Shown here: positions 36,193-44,355 of the stretch, one piece after another
Position numbering within the stretch: the stretch's first letter is position 1
How the letters are laid out: each line of letters opens with the position of its first letter
Assembly: GCA_040879165.1 (NCBI GenBank)
Contig: JBBDKV010000028.1
Location: 1-59,895, forward strand
DNA length: 59,895 bases
Direction of reading: 5' to 3'
From: Patescibacteria group bacterium
GTDB lineage: Bacteria > Patescibacteriota > Microgenomatia > UBA1400 > PJMF01
Position numbers and translations under genes: made by a program
Notes under the pieces: generated by a model
Database searches by the model: none
What the model saw: the letters and a program-made list of their open reading frames with translations, nothing else
What the model was told of the DNA's origin: nothing

Positions 36193-37569
36193 GTGTTTAT
36201 GCTCACAGTAAAGCTTGGCAAAGCATTCGAGTACTTACCTCAAGCCAACATTGATCTAGATGAAGCTTTTGATCAGCTATTTGGCGATTTGCATCCCGCT
36301 CAACTAGATATACCAGAAGAGACGCTGCGCAGTCTAGCAAACGAGTGGTTGCTATTTGATTTTCGACACACACCGGGCACCAGCCTGATTGAGCAGTATT
36401 ACTTCAGTGATCCTGATAATTTAAGTCAAGTCGAGCTTGATGAATTGAGGCAAATTATTGAATCCCAGTCACTGTATCTATTTCAAACCTATAAGTCCAG
36501 TAAGTCGCCCTATGTGTATGTAGAGTCTATTTTTACTGGCAAAAAGTATACCGTGTATGATCGAGCTTTAGCAGACTCTGTGGATACGGTGGATGGAAGT
36601 TTTGTGGCTCGGTTGGCCAAAGTTGGTCGTACCTATTATTTTGTTGGGTCTGATCCACTGGTTTTTGCTATTCGCTATACCTCAAGAGCGATTAAAATCT
36701 TTGTGCAAGAAAAAACACCCGCTCCTACTCTCAAAGATATGTTGCTTCAGTTTTCACAGTCAAAGGAAAAACTCCACAAAAACGTCGATGTCGCTGCAGA
36801 GCAAAAAAAGGTCCAAAAAAAATATCAGAAATTAGCTCAAAAATTTCAATCCAAAGTTTCATTTCAACAAATTACTGATTTTGTGTATGAAGAAAACTAC
36901 CAAGATCATTTCGCTGATTACTTTACTGACTTACTGGAGCTCGGCATTCCAGAGGAGTTGGTTGTCGACCACAGCGGTCTGTTCCTCGAGATCTGGAATT
37001 TTTATCCGCATAAAGAATTGGGCGACCAGTGTCCGCATGATGTATATCAAGAAAAATACGTGAAAGGAGCGATGCAACCAAAAAAATCTAAGCAAAAGAA
37101 GCAAAAAATTCAGTTATCGCAGGCTCAGTTCTTTACCCTCATGAAGGCAGTCTACCTTGGCAACTGGATGGCTAATGCGCAGCGAGTGGAAGATAGATTC
37201 ACGGATTATGAAGAAATTGAAGATGTTATTTTTTCACTGGCTGCAGAATTTGACTTGGGTACATATGTCAGTCATGAACCAGAAGACGGTGACACCTATT
37301 ATCCGACCAGTGAGTTCGAAGATGAGACTGACGTGGACAAAATTATTGAGGAATATGATGAAGAGACCTTCTGGACTGAGTTAGCTGAGCGTCTGGGAGA
37401 AAGGGATTTTCTTGAGAAATATTCTGCTGAGGAGATTAAGGCTATGTCTCGAGAAGAGCGGTTTGAGAAGCGCTACGAATTAGTAGACCAAGTCTCTGAG
37501 GAACTCAATAAATATGGTTTAGAAAGAGTGAGAATTGTAAAGTTGAGAGGTGGGACTCAACGCAAGTAG
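36193..37569 (+). CDS. 458-aa hypothetical protein, possibly two domains
   Basis: Long ORF with a Lys-rich linker (MQPKKSKQKKQK) separating an N-terminal region from an acidic C-terminal region. Confidence 0.7.
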   Translation: MFMLTVKLGKAFEYLPQANIDLDEAFDQLFGDLHPAQLDIPEETLRSLANEWLLFDFRHTPGTSLIEQYYFSDPDNLSQVELDELRQIIESQSLYLFQTYKSSKSPYVYVESIFTGKKYTVYDRALADSVDTVDGSFVARLAKVGRTYYFVGSDPLVFAIRYTSRAIKIFVQEKTPAPTLKDMLLQFSQSKEKLHKNVDVAAEQKKVQKKYQKLAQKFQSKVSFQQITDFVYEENYQDHFADYFTDLLELGIPEELVVDHSGLFLEIWNFYPHKELGDQCPHDVYQEKYVKGAMQPKKSKQKKQKIQLSQAQFFTLMKAVYLGNWMANAQRVEDRFTDYEEIEDVIFSLAAEFDLGTYVSHEPEDGDTYYPTSEFEDETDVDKIIEEYDEETFWTELAERLGERDFLEKYSAEEIKAMSREERFEKRYELVDQVSEELNKYGLERVRIVKLRGGTQRK

Positions 37570-37670
37570 GGTGATGAAGGATTATGGTGTTTTTCCAATA
37601 GTAGGCTAATTTTTTGGTACACAGCATGTCACTTTTGAGTTTCATTTAACCGAAGAGTATAATCGTTACG

Positions 37671-38627
37671 ATGAACTCGCAACAAGGCTCCGAGAATTAC
37701 TCTCAAATTTTAAAAGATGAATTTTCTATCACAGAGGCAGTTTTGCTGACTAAGGGTATGCAATCAGTGGTCTTTGATGTGACTGATGGCACTTTGGCTA
37801 AACTGTATAAAAAAACCAAACACACTCCAGACTTTAAACTACTGCAAAATTTCTATAGTACGCTGGACACAAGCAGAGTTCAGTTTGAGGTGCCGCACAT
37901 TATTGCTATTCATGAGTCAAAAACTCATATTTTGGTTATTGAGGCAAAATTACCGGGCAGATCACTGGAAAGATCGTCATTGCAAGCATTGAGTGAAAGA
38001 GAACTCAAAGCGTTTATTCCCAACTATGTTGACACACTTTTCTCAATTAGGCTCGTGCACAGCAGCCTCATACAGGAAGCAGAGTTGCTGATAGAGAGTG
38101 ACCAATTTTTTGTTACCAAGAGTGCTAGTTGGAAGGAATTGATTCAAAAAAGTATAGTCGCAAAAGATCAAGCAATTGGAAATGTGTTTAATCAAGATGT
38201 GATTGAATATAGCAGCAAGCTTGAAATGCTTCGATCTTATTTTACTGCTCAGGAATATGACAAACCTCAACTCATACATGGTGACTACTTCCCAGGCAAT
38301 ATGTTAGTTGATGAAAAGTACCAGATCACTAGTATGCTAGATTTTGGAACTCTGACCACCAAAGGTGACTATTTATTCGATATTGCGACTGGATGGCAGT
38401 TTGCTGATATGTATAGAGAAGTTTCAGTTTTGAATTTAAATGCACTCATTTTTGCACACATTCAAGAACGCCTGCAATCAGATGAACTGAGTAGAGTGCA
38501 TGCGTATCTCTTATTTTATAGCTTGATCTCAGCAAATATGTATTCGGCATCTAGAGATGACGGGCATTATGTATGGTGCGTAGAGAATTGGAATAATACC
38601 GAGCATTGGAGTAAGCTAGCTAGTTGA
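37671..38627 (+). CDS. APH-family phosphotransferase
   Basis: LIHGDYFPGNML and MLDFG; TATAAT-7nt-ATG start. Confidence 0.82.
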   Translation: MNSQQGSENYSQILKDEFSITEAVLLTKGMQSVVFDVTDGTLAKLYKKTKHTPDFKLLQNFYSTLDTSRVQFEVPHIIAIHESKTHILVIEAKLPGRSLERSSLQALSERELKAFIPNYVDTLFSIRLVHSSLIQEAELLIESDQFFVTKSASWKELIQKSIVAKDQAIGNVFNQDVIEYSSKLEMLRSYFTAQEYDKPQLIHGDYFPGNMLVDEKYQITSMLDFGTLTTKGDYLFDIATGWQFADMYREVSVLNLNALIFAHIQERLQSDELSRVHAYLLFYSLISANMYSASRDDGHYVWCVENWNNTEHWSKLAS

Positions 38628-38763
38628 TTGGCCTCAGAAACTTGAATTACCAATTAGAGAACACCTGACTCTGTCAATAAAAAGGGCTGAGAATTATGTT
38701 CAGAAACAATATATAAACAACCATCTCATATAAATATTTTTAAGCCTTTGCTATACTCTAACA

Positions 38764-39210
38764 ATGACAGCCATAACAAATAATCTCAGAATTGCATTGC
38801 TGAAACAAATTTGAAACGAAGAAATCTCTGCACTGAATGAACTTTTAGATAAAGGCACTGCATGGGATGTAGAGCAAGGTGAGGCGTTTCTCACCAATAA
38901 TGACAACGCACTTTTTGGTGCCTATATGAATAACAAGCTGGTCGGTTTTTTAACTGCTCATCGTTTACAAAGATTTGATACAAGAAAAGCAGAGGTATTA
39001 TTATATGAAATTGGTGTTTTACCAAAATATCAAAAACGTGGTATTGGTAAAGCATTACTGGCAGAGTTAAAAAAGTGGGCTAAAGAGGTTGGTGCTGATG
39101 AGATTTGGGTGCTCACCGCTCAATCAAATAAGGCTGCGATAGCTCTCTATACCGCTTCTGGCGGTAGTGTGGAAAGTAACAACGAACAATTGTTTGTTTT
39201 TAAAATTTAG
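38764..39210 (+). pseudogene. GNAT acetyltransferase interrupted by an in-frame TGA at codon 17 (38812-38814)
   Basis: TATACT-6nt-ATG at 38764 is in frame with the 38926 ORF (54 codons upstream, only stop is this TGA). The GNAT motif YEIGVLPKYQKRGIG is intact. Confidence 0.78.
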
Positions 39211-39281
39211 GAGAAAGTTCTTTGTACGGACAATTGGATGTGAGTTAATTCTACTCCAGGATTGTGCTATGCTCAGACAAG

Positions 39282-40376
39282 ATGTTACATGAAAATCTAA
39301 CTAGTGAGCTTACAGATCAACATGGCCAGCAAAAAGCATTGCACAAGTGGCTCCAATATTTTGCTATTTTAGTTGGAGCTGTTGTGATCTTTGGCGCTGG
39401 GTATGGAGCAGCCAAGTATGCTAGTCCTTCAGAGCAGAACCCGTCAACCTCAACAGGCGAGCCTCATCCAGCTGATGAGGAAACGACGGATCCCTCACCC
39501 ATCCTCAGACCAAAAGAGAAACTTGCTTACCAGATAATTGCCAATCAGCAGGTACTTGTATACTTCGACACTGAGTATGGTTTTGACGTTGAACCAACTT
39601 CCGAACTGGAAAAAATTTCAACTGAGCAGTTTCCTGATTTAGAGCAAGACTTGGAGCGCTTTTTGAACACGTTTGATTTTTTTGTCGATGAATTAGCGAG
39701 TCTAGCTGTAGCAGTAGATCCTGAAACTCAGCGACTGTATGCTGCCATGGAGGTGAAAGTAGGACAGGTCTTAACGGCAGTATTTCTTGCAGAATCTGAT
39801 CGATACGGCGCCGACTTCAATATGTCAGCGTTTGATGTTGCCATACACGATGGTTCAATGGCGCAGGCATATGCAGATCTCGATGTGCTCGGGTTTTTTC
39901 CATCTCAGAGAGCTATTTTGATTCGTAAAAGTAGCGGCGGTATTCCTTGTGTCCAACACAGATTCGAACTACTGTACCAAGACGGAACAGCTCAAGCAGT
40001 AGCTGAAATTGATGAAGGTTCGTGTGATGGAGAATCAAGTGCCTTACTCAGTTTTGATGGTACATATTTGTACATCGCTGATGTGGTAGAAGCAGATGCA
40101 GAATTTGACCTGTTCATAAAAGGGGCGAATGTGCCACGAAGTAGGGTTACAGCAGCATACAAGCTGAATCCACTAACAGGAGAGCGAGTAGCTAGTTCTC
40201 AAGATTTTAGTCAGGAAGTGTGGTTGTTGCCAGAATACGCAAATAGTGCACAGCTCGGATACCACTCAAGTATATTGTATACTCAGCACGTTGGAGAACA
40301 GGATGAATTTTTACAACCTGGTGGGATACTACTCGAACGAGCTTCGTCAACTGAACATGTTTTTCTCGAGATATAG
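39282..40376 (+). CDS. Membrane-anchored hypothetical protein
   Basis: One TM near the N-terminus and an acidic beta-rich remainder; start uncertain. Confidence 0.7.
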   Translation: MLHENLTSELTDQHGQQKALHKWLQYFAILVGAVVIFGAGYGAAKYASPSEQNPSTSTGEPHPADEETTDPSPILRPKEKLAYQIIANQQVLVYFDTEYGFDVEPTSELEKISTEQFPDLEQDLERFLNTFDFFVDELASLAVAVDPETQRLYAAMEVKVGQVLTAVFLAESDRYGADFNMSAFDVAIHDGSMAQAYADLDVLGFFPSQRAILIRKSSGGIPCVQHRFELLYQDGTAQAVAEIDEGSCDGESSALLSFDGTYLYIADVVEADAEFDLFIKGANVPRSRVTAAYKLNPLTGERVASSQDFSQEVWLLPEYANSAQLGYHSSILYTQHVGEQDEFLQPGGILLERASSTEHVFLEI

Positions 40377-40428
40377 TTTATTATAGACTTTTTGCAACCA
40401 GTAAATCTGATTTGTTAATTCAGCTCAC

Positions 40429-40899
40429 TCAATTCAACACCACAATCGCCGCATTGAGCAGTGTGGCAAAACTCACCCACAAGACGTACGGTATGAGTAG
40501 GTAAAACGCCACCTTTGAGAGTGAGAAAAATTTCTGCATCGTCAAAATAATCATCACTAACAAAGCTACAATGACAAGCAATCCCAGCAGCGGTGATTGC
40601 AGTCCAAAAAATATGGGAGACCAAATAAAATTTAGCCCCAGCTGTGCCAGAAAGAACAGAGTTGCAGTTTTTACTTGCTTGTTCTTTAAGCCTTGCTTCC
40701 AAATCAAGTAAAATGAGACACCCATCAGAAAATACAAGACAGTCCAAGTCGGTCCAAAAATCCAGTTGGGTGGAGCAAAAACTGGCTTATCGAGCGCTGC
40801 GTACCAAGTGGGAATGGCGGAGACGGTAAATGGTGTGCCGAGAATTCCAACCAGCTCGCAGCCAATAACTGAGGTAATTAGTTTTAGGCTGTTATTCAT
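40429..40899 (-). CDS. tspO: TspO/MBR family protein
   Basis: WYAALDKPVFAPPNWIFGPTW and PYVLWVSFATLLN. Confidence 0.93.
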   Translation of the reverse strand: MNNSLKLITSVIGCELVGILGTPFTVSAIPTWYAALDKPVFAPPNWIFGPTWTVLYFLMGVSFYLIWKQGLKNKQVKTATLFFLAQLGLNFIWSPIFFGLQSPLLGLLVIVALLVMIILTMQKFFSLSKVAFYLLIPYVLWVSFATLLNAAIVVLN

Positions 40900-40987
40900 C
40901 TAAATATAGTATGTACCGAATTGAGGATGGGGGCAACAAGGAGGAGCTCTGATCTACTCGGAGAGATATAATCTAGGTGGATCAATT

Positions 40988-42544
40988 TCAAACCAACAAC
41001 CTCTTTAACTCATGTGTTATTGCATCTTCACTTTGCAATCCGTGGCTTTTTTGAATCAGCAATTGTGAAACGGTTTCAAATTGTGCCTCTAGTATTTCAA
41101 CTGTCATAATGTGCGCTCGGTGTCTTGATCGACTTCGAATCCATTTTTGGATGAGATCTACTTCGGCACTTGATCTACTCCCACGGCGAACGAAAATATG
41201 CCATTCTTGACCGATCAAAGTCATTCCGGCCAGTAACGAAGACACGTCTTCTGACATATCCTCAGTCAATGCCTGCACAGTTCTTTGATGCATTCCTCTT
41301 GCATCAGGCAAATTATCTACATACCACCTGCAGCCTTCCTTGATGCTTGCGATTTCTTCGAAAGTTAAAATACTGTCTTGAATCAGGATGGTATTGGGTA
41401 CATCCAATGACTGACTGAGTTTTGTATCAGCATAACCCAGGCGAGTTAATACTTCTTGAGCTTTTTCTATAACCGCTTCAACAGTTTGTGCTGCATCAAC
41501 AGCGCAATGTTGCTTTTGCTCCTCTGGACAGTGTGCGCAATCATCATCAAACTCCAAGCCTTTAGGGCTAATCCAATGTGTAAATCGATCCGATGTAGGT
41601 GTTTTATAATGGTCAGTCATAATATGTGAAATAGCGCAGCTAGTATGATTGTGAACGATCGCAGGAATCTCCAACTCTTCGGCTCGTTCCCGAACAATTT
41701 CTTTATACTGACCTTTCATCACTTTTGCTGGAGAGTAAATCTGATCGCTATATGATTCGTCTAAAGGATATCCAGCTTGTTCGAAGGCGTCTAATGTAAA
41801 TTCTTCAAACACAAACAAGCCACCAACAATAATTGTGTCAGCGTACGGTGCCACTTGTTGTAGAACAGTATCGATGTTTTCACGAGAGTCATTAATACCC
41901 TTGATCATTGGACGCATTGATACGATGACGGGGATGCCAGCTTCTTTAAGTCTTTGTATTGTGCTCAGTCTTACCTTGCTACTTGAGCTTTCAATTGCAG
42001 TGGGCATATTTGTGTAGGTGACGATGCCAATCAGTCGAGCACCCGCAGCTTGGGCATTTTGTAAAGCAATGATTTCATGAGGTTTGATGCCCATTTTAGT
42101 GATAAAGCTGATAGCTGCTCTATGATTTTGCTCTGTTGTTAAGCGCGTTGCCAATTCTGCAGTTGCTAGCCAATCGTTGCCTGGATCGTTGAAATTTTCA
42201 AGAATAACTGGTGATTCTGGAGTATACAGCGGCCATTTTTTAAGCTCAGCAAGTAGGTTATCTACAGTTATATATTTTTCTAAGTCTGATCCAATGTAGG
42301 ATCGAGTATTAATTGACAATCCTCCATCAACCATCCCAGATAAGTAAGGAGCATTTTTTTCTCCATCAACTGTGTCCATTGCTATCTGGTTACAATAAAT
42401 GCAACCCACGGCGCAACCTGGACCAAGTGTTCCTGGCTCAACGGCTCCGGTCTTCTGCCAAAGTTGAGTGGGCTTGAGTTCTTGATTGTTAGGGTGTGCA
42501 TTCCAAGAATCTGGGGGATGTAGTGAAATTTCTGTTACTGCCAT
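40988..42544 (-). CDS. Radical SAM protein, SplB/spore-photoproduct-lyase-like, with a Cys-rich tail and C-terminal extension
   Basis: CAVGCIYC motif, NDP, ITK, RLSTIQRLKEAGIPVIVSMRPMIKGIND, and extra cysteines TSC..CAHC..QHC. Confidence 0.85.
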   Translation of the reverse strand: MAVTEISLHPPDSWNAHPNNQELKPTQLWQKTGAVEPGTLGPGCAVGCIYCNQIAMDTVDGEKNAPYLSGMVDGGLSINTRSYIGSDLEKYITVDNLLAELKKWPLYTPESPVILENFNDPGNDWLATAELATRLTTEQNHRAAISFITKMGIKPHEIIALQNAQAAGARLIGIVTYTNMPTAIESSSSKVRLSTIQRLKEAGIPVIVSMRPMIKGINDSRENIDTVLQQVAPYADTIIVGGLFVFEEFTLDAFEQAGYPLDESYSDQIYSPAKVMKGQYKEIVRERAEELEIPAIVHNHTSCAISHIMTDHYKTPTSDRFTHWISPKGLEFDDDCAHCPEEQKQHCAVDAAQTVEAVIEKAQEVLTRLGYADTKLSQSLDVPNTILIQDSILTFEEIASIKEGCRWYVDNLPDARGMHQRTVQALTEDMSEDVSSLLAGMTLIGQEWHIFVRRGSRSSAEVDLIQKWIRSRSRHRAHIMTVEILEAQFETVSQLLIQKSHGLQSEDAITHELKRLLV

Positions 42545-42636
42545 GAGCAAAAGTTCAATTTCAGTATGTATACCTAAGGAATTAGTGTCTGATATTTATG
42601 TATATAATGTGTATTATTGTACCATATTGCAGAATA

Positions 42637-43329
42637 TCAAACTTTGATACCTGTTTTATTTAATGCCACAGTTATTATTTGTGCGCAAGTATCGCTAACA
42701 TGTGTATTATTATGCACGACATATGGTCGCAGAGTGTTCTTATTTATTTTCCAAAATGCGTACTCATCAGCAATTCTCTGTTTAAAATTTGGCCTTAAAC
42801 GGGTTAGCCATTCTTCTTTTGATCCAGCTCGTTCTTTAGCACGTTCATATAATGTACTTAGGTGGGAAACACCAAGAAAAATAGGTACGATGATGTGTGA
42901 AGGGAGCATCCCGTCGCTTGAAAGAAGAGAAGTAATTTCAAGCAGTCTATTAGGGCTCACTTTCCAAACTATGTGTTCATTATTGCGCTGAGGAATCATT
43001 TGTTCAATACTAGTCCCTACTAGCACTGTAGTATTTGTGCCCTGAGTATACTCGATATATTCAATCAATGCCTCTTGAGCAATTTTTTCACGAAATAACA
43101 CAGTGTCAAGATAATCATAGTCTGGGTTATCGGCTTCTTCCAACCTTGGCTTTTTAGTACTGTAATTACGAATTGCCCTAAAGTTCAATCCGCGTTTTGG
43201 ACCCTCTAAAGGCAGTGATTTAATGACAGTGTCCTTACCAACTGCAGTAGGTCCCGATACTACAAGTAATTTGCTTCCTGATTCCTGTAATTTTTCTACA
43301 TTGGAGTTAAATATTTCGTAGTTGAACAT
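42637..43329 (-). CDS. Guanylate-kinase-like P-loop NMP kinase (divergent)
   Basis: SGPTAVGKDT P-loop and YSTKKPRLEE..PDYDY, resembling the GMK TTRxPRxGE..DY motif. Confidence 0.8.
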   Translation of the reverse strand: MFNYEIFNSNVEKLQESGSKLLVVSGPTAVGKDTVIKSLPLEGPKRGLNFRAIRNYSTKKPRLEEADNPDYDYLDTVLFREKIAQEALIEYIEYTQGTNTTVLVGTSIEQMIPQRNNEHIVWKVSPNRLLEITSLLSSDGMLPSHIIVPIFLGVSHLSTLYERAKERAGSKEEWLTRLRPNFKQRIADEYAFWKINKNTLRPYVVHNNTHVSDTCAQIITVALNKTGIKV

Positions 43330-43342
43330 ATGAATGTCATTT

Positions 43343-43768
43343 TCAAACTAGTTTGAATGTTGCAATTGCAAGAGTAACAAGTGGAAATGATTGGATCTTA
43401 GCCATGTCTTTGAGTTCAAACCATCGGATGTCATTAGCATCTGGGTCTTGAGTTATGTTTAAGTCAGCTGACTGAGATGTTGCAATAAGGAACAAATGAA
43501 ACAGAGTCATTTGATCATTGAAGTCAGAATTCGGCACTTCTACTGTTTTGTGCGCAATATGCGTGAATGACTTCAAAGTAAGCTCCTCTTCTAACTCGCG
43601 AGCAATCGTCTCACTAGGCAACTCTCCTTCTTCTACAGCACCTCCTGGCAGGTGCCATCTATTATGTTTATGGGGTTTTTCTGGTTGCTGCCTTCTTGTT
43701 AGTAAAATCTGAGATTTACCTTCTTGGTCAAGAATTACGGCGACTGCAGCTTGAAGAGATTCTGGCAT
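43343..43768 (-). CDS. NUDIX hydrolase
   Basis: Complete Nudix box GAVEEGELPSETIARELEEEL (G-x5-E-x7-REUxEE). Confidence 0.93.
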   Translation of the reverse strand: MPESLQAAVAVILDQEGKSQILLTRRQQPEKPHKHNRWHLPGGAVEEGELPSETIARELEEELTLKSFTHIAHKTVEVPNSDFNDQMTLFHLFLIATSQSADLNITQDPDANDIRWFELKDMAKIQSFPLVTLAIATFKLV

Positions 43769-43842
43769 GTATTTACTTTCTCTCAGGTATGCGACCTAGT
43801 ATGATACCACAAAAACTATAAACCACTCTTCAGAAAAAAGTA

Positions 43843-44346
43843 TTGACTTTTATTCACCATTTGGCATTAGATTTTTGCAGTGGAGGAATTATTGAAGAAT
43901 TATCACATTTATTGCGCTTACCTACAAAGTCTACAATGCTTTCTTATCAAGGATATACGATTGTTGGGGGTGTAAGAATTGTTGAAAATTATCCATTAAC
44001 TTTCGATCAACTACTGGAAAGACTAGCGGTATTGGGTACGAGACATGTTCGTATTGCTGGTGAGCGAAAAAAGATCTTTAGCAAAATAGCGCTAACTTCA
44101 GGGAAGGGGTTTATGAGTGAGTTTTTTGATCAATTAAAACCAGAGGTGTATATTGCGGGAGAGTTTGAGCAGGAAGCTACTAAGTACGCAGAAGATTTGG
44201 GAATACTGTTAGTCGAACTCTCACATCATGGGAGTGAGGTAGCGCCTTTGAAAAAGATTAGTAAAAAATTGTCAAAAGTATTCGCTGTACCTGTCTGTGA
44301 TATTGAAATTGATGATACTATAGAAACTGTTTTTTTAAATGACTAA
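43843..44346 (+). pseudogene. C-terminal part of a NIF3-like (GTP cyclohydrolase I type 2) protein
   Basis: HHLALD, IALTSGKG, VYIAGE and ELSHHGSE. The N-terminal region is missing, with an in-frame TAA just upstream. Confidence 0.65.
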
Positions 44347-44355
44347 GGTAATACA

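Noticed and set aside
38812-38814. Selenocysteine codon
   Set aside because: It is not at a catalytic Cys position of a GNAT, and no SECIS-like hairpin follows.
40967-40972. Orphan plus-strand TATAAT facing the 3' end of the radical SAM gene (possible antisense promoter)
   Set aside because: A single hexamer with no other support; such matches are expected by chance in AT-rich DNA.
40988-42544. Prokaryotic viperin
   Set aside because: The motifs after CxxxCxxC are SplB-like (NDP, ITK, RP.I.GIND). The viperin-type SGGEPF motif is absent.
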